Shown here: positions 10,571 through 20,324 of the stretch, in pieces
How positions within the stretch are numbered: position 1 is the stretch's first letter
How the letters are laid out: each line of letters opens with the position of its first letter
Assembly (NCBI GenBank): GCA_040767965.1
Contig: JAXGNR010000004.1
Location: forward strand, 544,001 to 608,000
Length of the DNA: 64,000 nt
Reading direction: 5' to 3'
From: Atribacterota bacterium
GTDB taxonomy: Bacteria > Atribacterota > Phoenicimicrobiia > Phoenicimicrobiales > Stramentimicrobiaceae
The notes under the pieces: model-generated
The model's input: only the letters and a program-made list of their open reading frames with translations
What the model was told of the DNA's origin: nothing
The model's database searches: none
Position numbers and translations under genes: made by a program

Positions 10571-12535
10571 ATGGTAACTTTAAAATTGTTGATAATTTTA
10601 AGTGGATTAATATCCTTGCTTTATGCAATGATTTTGGCTAAACGTGTTTTAAGTGAAAGTGCTGGAACTGAAATAATGAAGCAACTATCCCATTCTATTG
10701 AGATTGGGGCAATGACATTCTTAAAAAGAGAATACTCTATTTTGATATTCTTTGTAATTGCTATTGCTGTAATTATATTTTGGGTTAGAGGAAGCATTAC
10801 GGGTATATCTTTTATTTTAGGTGCTTTTTGTTCAGCATTAGCAGGTTTTATTGGAATGAAAATTGCTACCAAATCAAATTCCAGAACTACATATGCTGCT
10901 GAGCAATCCGGGCTAGCAAAAGCATTAAAAATTGCATTTTCTGGTGGAGCTGTTATGGGAATGTCTGTTGCTGGATTTGGATTGGTTGGAGTAGGGATAT
11001 TATACTATTTCTTTGAAGACCCAAATATGATTAATGGCTTTGCATTAGGAGCAAGTTCTATTGCTCTATTTGCAAGAGTTGGTGGTGGTATTTATACTAA
11101 AGCTGCTGATGTGGGAGCAGACTTGGTAGGCAAAGTAGAAGCAGGGATTCCTGAAGATGACCCTAGAAATCCAGCAGTAATTGCTGATAATGTAGGTGAT
11201 AATGTAGGTGATGTGGCAGGAATGGGAGCAGATTTATTTGAATCATTTGTAGGTTCAATTATATCCTGTATGATTTTAGGCAGCATTTTACAAAATTCAA
11301 TCACATATGTCATTTATCCTCTATTATTAGCTTCATGTGGTGTAATATCTGTAATAATAGCTACCTTCTTTATTTCACCCAAAGATAATCAAAGTATTCA
11401 TAAGGCTTTAAATTCCGGTACCTATATCAGTGGATTTTTGGTAATAATTGCGGCTTTTATACTTTCTTATACCTTATTTGGTAATATGGCTATATTTTTT
11501 GCAACAATATCAGGTTTGATTGCAGGAGTTGGCATTGGTTTTATTACTGAATACTATACATCTTATGATTATAAACCAGTAAAAAGAATTGCAGAAGCTT
11601 CATTAACTGGTGCTGCAACAACAATTATTGAAGGATTTGCCGTGGGTTTAAAGAGCACTGCTCTGCCTATAATGGTTATATGCCTTGCTATTTATTTGTC
11701 ACATCATTTTGCTGGACTATACGGTATATCCGTAGCAGCAGTAGGTATGTTGTCTATTGTCGGAATGACTGTTTCTGTGGACTCATATGGTCCAATTGCT
11801 GATAATGCTGGTGGTATTGCAGAAATGGCAGCTTTAAAACATGAAGTTCGTGAAATTACTGATTCATTAGACGCTGTTGGTAACACAACTGCAGCTATTG
11901 GGAAAGGGTTTGCAATTGGATCAGCTGCCTTAACCGCTCTTGCTTTATTTGCTGCATACAGTAAATCAGTAGATATCAGTGTCATTAGCATTACCAATCC
12001 CATGGTTATGATTGGAATATTTATTGGTGGCATATTACCATTTGTTTTTGCTGCAATGACTATTGAAGCAGTTGGTAAAACAGCTTCTCTAATGATTGCT
12101 GAAGTAAGAAGACAATTCAAAGAAATACCTGGATTAAGAGAAGGAAAGGCCAAGCCAGAACCAGAAAAATGCGTAGACATTAGTACTAAAGGCGCCTTAA
12201 AAGAAATGATCATACCTGGATTAATAGCTGTAATAGCTCCAATATTAGTTGGAATAACTCTTGGAGCCGAAGCATTAGGAGGACTTCTACTTGGATCTGT
12301 AGTAGTAGGAGTATTTTTAGCAATAATGATGGCTAATGCGGGCGGTGCATGGGATAATGCCAAGAAATATATTGAAAAAGGAAATTATGGTGGAAAAAAT
12401 TCACCTGCTCATCAAGCCGGTGTAATTGGAGATACAGTTGGAGATCCATTTAAAGATACGGCTGGACCTTCTATGAATATCTTAATCAAAGTCATGTCAA
12501 TTGTTTCTTTGGTTTTTATACCCCTATTTTTATAG
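10571..12535 (+). CDS. hppA: membrane-bound K+-dependent, probably Na+-translocating, pyrophosphatase
   Basis: [50 protein letters not shown] has Ala, the K+-dependent type. [10 protein letters not shown] resembles Thermotoga Na+-PPase helix 6. Confidence 0.95.
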   Translation: MVTLKLLIILSGLISLLYAMILAKRVLSESAGTEIMKQLSHSIEIGAMTFLKREYSILIFFVIAIAVIIFWVRGSITGISFILGAFCSALAGFIGMKIATKSNSRTTYAAEQSGLAKALKIAFSGGAVMGMSVAGFGLVGVGILYYFFEDPNMINGFALGASSIALFARVGGGIYTKAADVGADLVGKVEAGIPEDDPRNPAVIADNVGDNVGDVAGMGADLFESFVGSIISCMILGSILQNSITYVIYPLLLASCGVISVIIATFFISPKDNQSIHKALNSGTYISGFLVIIAAFILSYTLFGNMAIFFATISGLIAGVGIGFITEYYTSYDYKPVKRIAEASLTGAATTIIEGFAVGLKSTALPIMVICLAIYLSHHFAGLYGISVAAVGMLSIVGMTVSVDSYGPIADNAGGIAEMAALKHEVREITDSLDAVGNTTAAIGKGFAIGSAALTALALFAAYSKSVDISVISITNPMVMIGIFIGGILPFVFAAMTIEAVGKTASLMIAEVRRQFKEIPGLREGKAKPEPEKCVDISTKGALKEMIIPGLIAVIAPILVGITLGAEALGGLLLGSVVVGVFLAIMMANAGGAWDNAKKYIEKGNYGGKNSPAHQAGVIGDTVGDPFKDTAGPSMNILIKVMSIVSLVFIPLFL

Positions 12536-12614
12536 ATATTAATATTTGTAATTAAAAAGACCGATAACCAATATATGATTAACTAATCTTTGTTTTAACG
12601 ATAAAATTATGACT

Positions 12615-12669
12615 AAAATAATATTGCCTGATTTGTTTAATATTCTAACAAATCGGGCAATATTATTTT
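12615..12669. terminator. long hairpin, probable intrinsic terminator after hppA
   Basis: AAAATAATATTGCCTGATTTGTT-N9-AACAAATCGGGCAATATTATTTT; 23-bp arms with one G.U pair. Confidence 0.7.
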
Positions 12670-13161
12670 GATTTTTACTTCGATAAAAAATACAATAATT
12701 ACAATCAAGATTGGAATTGATAAAATTATATTTTAACATTGTAAATAACAGAAACAATAATACCATAAAATATAACTTAACTGAAAAGGTTATGAAATTG
12801 CATTTAAAATATTTAAATAGTTTTCAGTAATTATTTTTTCATATTTTCCACAAGTTTTCTGTTTTTTTAAAAAACCTATAAATTATTTTAATGTATATTT
12901 ATTTGTTGCAGGAATTAAAAATAGAAAAAATAATATAGGCTCACTGTAATCTATGGCAACTGTGGATTATAATGATATAATTAAAAATAAATAAATATTT
13001 AGATATCCAAAATATTATATAATATTAAAATGATTTCCGGAAAAGAATTAAGACCATAAAACATGTTTCTTTAAATGAATAATTATTAAATTAAAGAACA
13101 TCAAAAAAGCAATGAATTTATTGTTCAAGTCATTTAAATAATTTAATAATTGGGGAAATTT

Positions 13162-15801
13162 ATGAAAGTTATTATAGGGCATACCAGTGCTGACTTTGAT
13201 TGCCTTGCCTCAATGATTGCAGCAAAAAAAATATTTACAGAAGCCGCTGTTGTATTTCCTGGCGCTATTGAAGAAAATGTACGCAAATTTATCTCCTTGT
13301 ATGGAAAAGTTTTTAATATAACACAATTAAAAGATATTGATTTTAAAAAAATTACTGAACTGATAATTGTTGATACTAGACAAGCTGACAGAATAGGGGT
13401 TTTTGCAAATATAATTGGGGAAAAAAATATAAAAATATACATATTTGATCATCACCCTCCTTCAGAAAATGATATACAATCTTCAAATTCTATTATTAAG
13501 TTAGTAGGAGCGACAACCACTATCTTACTTAATAAGATAATTAAAAAAAACATCAGAATCACTCCAATAGAGGCAACCTTGTTTGCATTAGGAATATATG
13601 AGGATACCGGATCGCTTTCGTTTTCTACTACAACTAAAGATGATATCGAAGTCTTAAGTTATTTGTTTTCTGTCGGAGTTAATTTAAGGACAGTAAATAA
13701 ATTTACCAATGTTGGCTTAAATTCTCAACAAAAAAAAATATTAAATGAACTCTTATCAACGGCCAAAGAAGTTTATTTTCAAGGAATTAGAATTGTTTTT
13801 ACTAAAAGCAAAACTGATATTTATGTAGAAGGGCTGGCCCTGGTGACACACAAGTTAATAGAAATTATTAATTGTGATATTATTTTTGTTTTGGTAGATA
13901 TGAAAAATAAAATTTATATTGTTGGAAGAAGTAATCGCCCATCTGTTGATGTGGGTTTAATTTTAAAAGAAATTGGTGGCGGAGGTCATTCACAGGCTGC
14001 ATCTGCTGTAATAAAAAATAAAAACTTGCCAGAAGCAGAAGATGTTATAAAAAAAATACTTAATGAAAAAATAGAACAAGAAACAATTGCAAAAAATATA
14101 ATGACTACTCCAGTTAAGACTATAGAAATAAGCACTACTATTGGTGAGGCTTCAAAAATAATGCTAAGATATGGTCATAATGGATTCCCGGTTGTTAAAA
14201 AGGGTAAACTAGTAGGAATAATTACAAGGCAGGAAATATATAAAGCAAACCACCATCACTATGAAAAAGAAGCTGTAGGCGATTATATGACTGAAAATAT
14301 ATTAAGTGTAAATCCTGAAACACCTGTTTTAGAGATTCAAGAATTAATGATAAAAAATGATATAGGTAGGGTGCTGGTTATAAACAATAGCGGTAAGCTG
14401 GAAGGAATCATTACCAGAACTGATTTAATCAGAAGCTTGTATGGAGATAAGGATTTAAATAAGGAATCTTACTCATTATTTAAAACAAGCTCCGGGAAAT
14501 TTGCAATGGAAAACAGAGAAATAAAATCTCTGATTCATCAATTTTTTCCAAAAGATATTTTAGATGTTTTATATAAAATAGGTGAAACCGGGGATGAATT
14601 AGATTATTCAGTTTTTATGGTAGGGGGAATTGTCAGGGATTTGTTTCTAGGATTTCCAAATTTAGACCTGGACATTGTTGTTGAAGAAAATGCAATTAAA
14701 TTTGCCCGTTTTTTTTGTAAAAAAACAAAAGCAGAGATGAAGAGCCATAAAAAATTCAAGACAGCTGTGGTAATTTTGCCAAATGGTTTAAAAATAGATT
14801 TCGCCTCAGCCAGAAGAGAATTTTATGAGTTTCCAGCAGCGTTGCCAAAAGTAGAATTTGCATCAATAAAAAAAGATTTATATCGAAGAGATTTTACTAT
14901 AAACGCTATGGCAATCCAATTAAATAATAAAAATTTTGGTAGGTTATATGATTTCTTCGGTGGGAAAAGAGATTTAGAGTTAAAAAAAATTAGAATATTA
15001 TATAATTTAAGTTTTATTGAAGACCCAGCAAGGATAATAAGAGCAATCAGATTTGAACAAAGATATGATTTTACACTTGAGAATGCTACCGAAAAATTTT
15101 TAAGAAAGGCAATTCAGGAAGGATTAATTTCCAGGATAAGAAAGAAAAGGATTAGTCTGGAATTTGTAAATATATTTAAGGAGAAAAAACCGATAAAAGT
15201 ATTACTGAGAATGAATGAATTAGGTATTTTGAGTTCAATTATTCCCGGTATTAAAATAACTGAATCACTGGTAAATATTTTCAATAAAATTGATAATAAT
15301 CTTAAAGAGTGGAAAGATATTTTTCCACATATATATATTGATAAAACAATATTATATATTTATTACTTGTTAGAAATGTCAAATTTATCTATGGCTATAT
15401 TTCAAAAAAAAATAGACTATGCTGAAAAAAAAATTAAAGTACTTGAAGAGTTATTTATTAAAAAAGAGCAGATATCCTGTAAATTAAAGAAAAAAGAGTT
15501 AAAACCCAGTAATATTTATTATATTTTAAATGAGAAATCTAATGAATTACTTTTTGCAATATTACTGGAAGAGAGGTCAGATTCTATTGCCTTTGAAAGA
15601 ATAAAAAATTATTTAAACAATTATAAAAATACCAGTATTTATATAAACGGATATGATTTAATTCAGTTAGGAATGAAACCTAGCCCAGTTTATGCTAAAA
15701 TACTAAGGTTAATACTTTATCTTCAGTTAAATGGTGTATTTACTAAAAAAGATGAAGAATTAAAATTCATAAAAAGACTTTTAAAAAAAAGGATTATTTG
15801 A
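13162..15801 (+). CDS. cca: DHH/DHHA1-CBS-CBS fused tRNA nucleotidyltransferase (A-adding or CCA-adding)
   Basis: DHH motifs (H..ADFD, DT, DHH, DTG, GGGH), a CBS pair, then class II NTase motifs VGGIVRD..DLDI, DLYRRDFTINA and EDPARIIRA. ATG at 13162 follows GGGGA. Confidence 0.88.
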   Translation: MKVIIGHTSADFDCLASMIAAKKIFTEAAVVFPGAIEENVRKFISLYGKVFNITQLKDIDFKKITELIIVDTRQADRIGVFANIIGEKNIKIYIFDHHPPSENDIQSSNSIIKLVGATTTILLNKIIKKNIRITPIEATLFALGIYEDTGSLSFSTTTKDDIEVLSYLFSVGVNLRTVNKFTNVGLNSQQKKILNELLSTAKEVYFQGIRIVFTKSKTDIYVEGLALVTHKLIEIINCDIIFVLVDMKNKIYIVGRSNRPSVDVGLILKEIGGGGHSQAASAVIKNKNLPEAEDVIKKILNEKIEQETIAKNIMTTPVKTIEISTTIGEASKIMLRYGHNGFPVVKKGKLVGIITRQEIYKANHHHYEKEAVGDYMTENILSVNPETPVLEIQELMIKNDIGRVLVINNSGKLEGIITRTDLIRSLYGDKDLNKESYSLFKTSSGKFAMENREIKSLIHQFFPKDILDVLYKIGETGDELDYSVFMVGGIVRDLFLGFPNLDLDIVVEENAIKFARFFCKKTKAEMKSHKKFKTAVVILPNGLKIDFASARREFYEFPAALPKVEFASIKKDLYRRDFTINAMAIQLNNKNFGRLYDFFGGKRDLELKKIRILYNLSFIEDPARIIRAIRFEQRYDFTLENATEKFLRKAIQEGLISRIRKKRISLEFVNIFKEKKPIKVLLRMNELGILSSIIPGIKITESLVNIFNKIDNNLKEWKDIFPHIYIDKTILYIYYLLEMSNLSMAIFQKKIDYAEKKIKVLEELFIKKEQISCKLKKKELKPSNIYYILNEKSNELLFAILLEERSDSIAFERIKNYLNNYKNTSIYINGYDLIQLGMKPSPVYAKILRLILYLQLNGVFTKKDEELKFIKRLLKKRII

Positions 15802-16457
15802 TTATAATGCTGAACAATATTTTTGAAATACTTTGGAGTATACCGGCAGTTTTAATCGCAATTACAATTCATGAATACTCTCATGGTTTTATAGCTTATT
15901 ATTATGGCGATCCTACTCCTAAAATAGCTGGAAGATTAACGCTAAACCCACTGGCACACCTTGATCCTGTTGGCACTTTAATGTTATTACTCTTCCGAAT
16001 TGGCTGGGCAAAACCAGTACCAATCAATTATAATAACTTGAAAAATCCTAAAAAAGACATGATGAAGGTTTCTTTTGCTGGACCTGCTTCCAATATTTTA
16101 ACAGCTTTTTTATTCGCTGCCTTGATTAGGTTAAATAACATGTTTTTACAGAATATTATATTTAATTATTATAGTATGCTCCCCAATTTAGTATTAACAT
16201 TTTTAAGAGGATGGGTGATATTTTTACAAACTGGTGTACTTATAAACCTAACATTAGCCTTGTTTAATTTATTGCCAATACCTCCTTTGGATGGACATCA
16301 TATTATTTTAGGTATTCTACCAAGTAGTTGGGCTCAAAAATACCTTAAGATAAACAATACTTATGGGATGTTGATTTTATTGCTTCTTATCTGGACAGGC
16401 TTCATAGGGAAAATTATTTTCCCTATAGTATATTATTTTTTTAGGTATTTTGTATGA
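15798..16457 (+). CDS. site-2 protease family (M50) membrane metalloprotease
   Basis: HEYSHG, GRLTLNPLAHLDP, AGPASN, FNLLPIPPLDG. Confidence 0.92.
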   Translation: MIIMLNNIFEILWSIPAVLIAITIHEYSHGFIAYYYGDPTPKIAGRLTLNPLAHLDPVGTLMLLLFRIGWAKPVPINYNNLKNPKKDMMKVSFAGPASNILTAFLFAALIRLNNMFLQNIIFNYYSMLPNLVLTFLRGWVIFLQTGVLINLTLALFNLLPIPPLDGHHIILGILPSSWAQKYLKINNTYGMLILLLLIWTGFIGKIIFPIVYYFFRYFV

Positions 16458-16642
16458 AATAGGATATTTGAGTAGATATTTGAATAATAGATCTATAAAT
16501 CATAACAATATTAAAAAATATTATTTATGTAATAAATAAGATATTAGGAAGAAACTTAAATTAAAAAATTAAAAATATTTGAAATAATACGTAAAGTTCT
16601 TGTAATATTCGAAAAGGACAATAAAGGAGGCAATATTTTTTC

Positions 16643-17632
16643 ATGAAAGGTGTTATATTTAGCGGAATGAGACCAACTGGAAAACTTCATATTGGTAATT
16701 ATTTTGGAGCACTTGCTAATTGGATTAAATTACAAGATGAATATAAGTGCTATTATGGAATAGTGGATTGGCATGCCCTTACAACTGGTTATGCTGAAAC
16801 AGCTGACTTAAAGGAAAATATTACTGAAATGGTAATAGACTGGTTAAGCGCAGGAATTGACCCCAAGAAAAGTACATTATTAATTCAATCCTTAGTTCCG
16901 GAGCATGCCGAATTGCATTTATTATTATCTATGATTACTCCATTGGCATGGTTAGAAAGAAACCCAGTATTGAAAGAACAGGTCAGAGATCTTGATTTGA
17001 AGGAAAATATGGGATATGGTTTGCTGGGATATCCTGTTCTGATGGCTGCGGACATATTAATATACAATTCAGATACAGTTCCTGTAGGAGAAGACCAAAT
17101 ACCTCATATCGAGCTGGCTAGAGAAATAAGCAGAAGATTTAACAGTATGTATAAAAAAGTATTAAAAGTTCCCAAAGTAAAACTGTCCCATACACCAAGG
17201 ATACCTGGTATTGATGGCAAAAAAATGAGTAAAAGTTTACGAAATGATATTGCTTTATCCGATAAACCAGAAGATATAAAAGCAAAAATATTAGCAATGA
17301 TTACAGATCCTCAAAAAATAAGGCTAACTGATCCCGGACATCCGGAAGTGTGCAATGTTTTTAATTATCATAATATATTTAATGATCAGGAGGTTAATTC
17401 AATAGAAAGTGATTGCCGTCAAGCCAAATTAGGTTGTGTCGCATGCAAAAAAAATTTATCAGAAGTCTTGGTAAAATCATTCGAACCATTCAGAGAAAAG
17501 AGAGCTTATTTTGAAAACAACCAGCAGGAAGTCTGGGATATACTAATAAATGGCAGTGAAGAAGCTAGAAAAGTTGCTAGAAATACCTTAGAAAAAGTAA
17601 AAAGGGCAATGAACATTGAGTATTCACAGTGA
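16643..17632 (+). CDS. trpS: tryptophan--tRNA ligase
   Basis: SGMRPTG.LHIGN, YPVLMAADI, VPVGEDQ, KMSKS. Confidence 0.97.
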   Translation: MKGVIFSGMRPTGKLHIGNYFGALANWIKLQDEYKCYYGIVDWHALTTGYAETADLKENITEMVIDWLSAGIDPKKSTLLIQSLVPEHAELHLLLSMITPLAWLERNPVLKEQVRDLDLKENMGYGLLGYPVLMAADILIYNSDTVPVGEDQIPHIELAREISRRFNSMYKKVLKVPKVKLSHTPRIPGIDGKKMSKSLRNDIALSDKPEDIKAKILAMITDPQKIRLTDPGHPEVCNVFNYHNIFNDQEVNSIESDCRQAKLGCVACKKNLSEVLVKSFEPFREKRAYFENNQQEVWDILINGSEEARKVARNTLEKVKRAMNIEYSQ

Positions 17633-18374
17633 AGAAATATTTAGCAGTACAAAGATTGAACAATATACCGTTTCTGCACAGCAATTATTTTTAAAAGCAA
17701 AGAACTATGAATTAGATTTAGGTGAAATCCCCCTATTAAAAATAATTGAAAATTACCTGGCAGCAATGATTGATATTAAACCTGAATATATTAAACTTGA
17801 TATTGTTGCCGAGTTTTTAATTACTGTTGCAAATTTAATCTTGTTTAAAACAATCTATCTATTACCGAATTCACAAGAGCAGGATGATAGTATTGACGAA
17901 GAGGAAGAGAATATTCTAAAAGAAGAATATTGGAAAGAATATAAGAAGTATCAGTCATTAATAAAGATATTCGAAGAGAAAGAAACAAAACAAAGCAATG
18001 TATATCATACCTTTATTGAGTACGAATTAGAGGAAACAGAAAATTATCAAGAAAACCATTTTTCTGATCTCATAATAGCCTTAGAATCAGTGTTATCCAG
18101 AAAGAAAAAAGAGAATATTATTGGAATAAAAAAAAGAGAATACAATATAACACAAAAAATAAAAGAAATTGAAGATTTGTTTAAAAAAAATAATAGTCAA
18201 ATATCATTTCAAAAAATAATCAATCCCGAAAGCACCAGGATTGAAATAATAATAACTTTTTTAGCTTTGCTGGAACTGATATGCCGTGGAAAAATAGATT
18301 ATTTTCAATCTGAGAATTTTGGGGATATTATTTTTTATAGAAAGGATGATAAAAAATTAGCGAACAAAATATAG
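17616..18374 (+). CDS. scpA: segregation/condensation protein A (kleisin) with a divergent N-terminus
   Basis: AEFL...K...LLP and the C-terminal winged helix TFLALLEL...Q.ENFGDI; lies between trpS and scpB. Confidence 0.85.
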   Translation: MSIHSEEIFSSTKIEQYTVSAQQLFLKAKNYELDLGEIPLLKIIENYLAAMIDIKPEYIKLDIVAEFLITVANLILFKTIYLLPNSQEQDDSIDEEEENILKEEYWKEYKKYQSLIKIFEEKETKQSNVYHTFIEYELEETENYQENHFSDLIIALESVLSRKKKENIIGIKKREYNITQKIKEIEDLFKKNNSQISFQKIINPESTRIEIIITFLALLELICRGKIDYFQSENFGDIIFYRKDDKKLANKI

Positions 18375-18937
18375 TTGGAGATGAGCTTAAAAAAATTATA
18401 GAAGTTCTATTATTTACTTCAAGCAAGCCATTAATGTTAAAAAAGATAAAGGAAATAACTGGATGTGATGCATTAAACATCAACAAAGGTATTAAAGCAA
18501 TAAAAGATGAATATCAGGAAAGCAATAGTCCTTTTTTTATTCAGGAGATAGCAAAGGGATATGTTTTTGCAGTTAAACCAGAATATTCTAAATGGATTAA
18601 AAAACTTTATAGTGATGAAAAAAGATATTTTCTATCAAAAGCATCTATTGAGACTTTAGCTATTATTGCATATAACCAGCCCGTTACCCGAACTAGAATT
18701 GAAAATATCAGAGGAGTTAACTGTAGTGGTATTTTATTGAATTTATTAAAAAATGATTTTATAAGAGTAAGCGGTAAAGATAAATCTCCTGGTAATCCTT
18801 TACTTTATAAAGTAACAGAAAAATTTTTATTCCATTTTGGATTAAAAAATATTTCTGATTTACCTCCCATCAGAGAATTGGAATTGGAAAATGAAGAAAA
18901 TGAGATTACAGAAATATTTAGCAATAAAAGGGATTGA
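18356..18937 (+). CDS. scpB: segregation/condensation protein B (start uncertain; track start 18434)
   Basis: LSKASIETLAIIAYNQPVTRTRIE.IRGV, TEKFL..FGL..ISDLP. The conserved N-terminal LKKIIEVLLF lies upstream of the first ATG, in frame back to a TAA at 18350. Confidence 0.9.
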   Translation: MSEQNIVGDELKKIIEVLLFTSSKPLMLKKIKEITGCDALNINKGIKAIKDEYQESNSPFFIQEIAKGYVFAVKPEYSKWIKKLYSDEKRYFLSKASIETLAIIAYNQPVTRTRIENIRGVNCSGILLNLLKNDFIRVSGKDKSPGNPLLYKVTEKFLFHFGLKNISDLPPIRELELENEENEITEIFSNKRD

Positions 18938-19607
18938 TTCTCGCAGAAAATGTGAGAAATTGATAGTAGAAGGAAAAGTAACTGTTAATGACAAAATTGA
19001 GACAAAATTGGGTATTTCCATAGACCCGGCAAAAGATATCGTTAAATTAAATAATCAGATATTAAGGGCTGATGTAAGAAAAAAATATATTATATTAAAT
19101 AAACCAAAAGGTTATTTATGCACAACAAAAGATTCTTTTGGAAGAAAAATAATTTATGAATTACTCCCTGATGTTAAAGAAAAAGTATATTATGCAGGGA
19201 GATTGGATTATTATTCTGAAGGTCTGGTATTATTGACAAATGATGGAGAGTTAATAAACAAATTAACTCATCCCAAAAATAAGATAGAAAAAACATACCT
19301 GGTAAAGATAAATAAAAAAATTACCAGTGAACACCTGGCTGAGTTTGAAAAAGGCATTCCGTTAACTGATTTATTTACTACTAGCCGGTGTAAAATAGAA
19401 ACCATAGATAAGAATTCGAACCTGTTAAAAATTATTATTAAAGAAGGCAAAAAAAGACAGATAAGAAGGATGTTTTCTTATTTAAATTATAAAGTGCTAA
19501 ATTTAAAGAGAATAAAAATCGGAAACCTGTATTTAGGTAATTTAAAAACAGGCCATTATCGTGTTTTAAAAAAGGAAGAAATAGTAAATTTGAAAAAATT
19601 CTTATAA
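18891..19607 (+). CDS. rluB: 23S rRNA pseudouridine synthase (RluB/RsuA family)
   Basis: S4 domain MRLQKYLA..G..SRR; GRLD..SEGL.LLTNDG; EGKKRQIRRM. Confidence 0.9.
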   Translation: MKKMRLQKYLAIKGIDSRRKCEKLIVEGKVTVNDKIETKLGISIDPAKDIVKLNNQILRADVRKKYIILNKPKGYLCTTKDSFGRKIIYELLPDVKEKVYYAGRLDYYSEGLVLLTNDGELINKLTHPKNKIEKTYLVKINKKITSEHLAEFEKGIPLTDLFTTSRCKIETIDKNSNLLKIIIKEGKKRQIRRMFSYLNYKVLNLKRIKIGNLYLGNLKTGHYRVLKKEEIVNLKKFL

Positions 19608-19619
19608 AGGTGATATAAC

Positions 19620-20324
19620 TTGAAAAAAGGATTGGTCATATCTATTGATGGACCTGCCGGGTCAGGGAAGAGCACTATTGCCAAAAAACTTGCTAAGATG
19701 ATAGGGTATAAATATATAAATACTGGAGAGATCTACAGGTATTTGACTTATTTTGCTTTACAAAAAAATATGGATATAAAAAATGCAAACTTAATGACCG
19801 TATTGTCCAAAAAGTTTGCAGATGACTATTTAAAAGAGAGCCAGAAAGAAAAGCAATGTGAAATATTTTGTAAAAATAATTCTAACCTTTTGAATAAGAT
19901 TCATACCCCAGAGGTTGATAAGAATGTCTCTTTGTTAGCGCAACATGAATTTGTACGATATAATTTAATTCCGATACAAAGGATGTTGAGTGAAAAAGGA
20001 TCTGTGATTATGGAAGGAAGGGATATTGGAACAGTTGTTTTGCCAAATGCTGATATTAAAATATACCTTTCTGCTGATACAAAAACCAGAATATTTAGAA
20101 GATATAAGGAATTACGTAAAAAAGGGTATAATGTTAAATATAAAAATATTAAAAGAGAAATGATGAAACGGGATTACATTGACAGCAAAAGAAAGTATGC
20201 TCCTTTAAAGGTGCCTAAAAATGCATATATTATTGATACATCAAACAAAGATATAGAAGAAATAATACGAATAATTTTTAAAATTGTTTCTTTAAAAGAG
20301 AAAGATATTTATGAAAATAGTTAA
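19620..20324 (+). CDS. cmk: cytidylate kinase
   Basis: ISIDGPAGSGKST, MEGRDIGTVVLP, RD..DS.R..APL. Confidence 0.93.
   Translation: MKKGLVISIDGPAGSGKSTIAKKLAKMIGYKYINTGEIYRYLTYFALQKNMDIKNANLMTVLSKKFADDYLKESQKEKQCEIFCKNNSNLLNKIHTPEVDKNVSLLAQHEFVRYNLIPIQRMLSEKGSVIMEGRDIGTVVLPNADIKIYLSADTKTRIFRRYKELRKKGYNVKYKNIKREMMKRDYIDSKRKYAPLKVPKNAYIIDTSNKDIEEIIRIIFKIVSLKEKDIYENS

Noticed and set aside
11704-12363. 219-aa antisense ORF opposite hppA, and the many other short minus-strand ORFs in the track
   Set aside because: They lie wholly opposite conserved genes, mostly in the mirror codon frame, with no recognisable motifs or RBS. These are shadow ORFs.
12539-12766. 75-aa minus-strand ORF in the hppA-cca gap
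   Set aside because: It runs across the terminator-like hairpin, has AT-driven composition, and shows no RBS or motif.
12844-12969. DnaA-box-like TTTTCCACA (12844) and TGTGGATTA (12961) in an AT-rich gap, suggesting oriC
   Set aside because: Only two boxes, no dnaA/dnaN/gidA nearby, and no switch in gene orientation across the gap.
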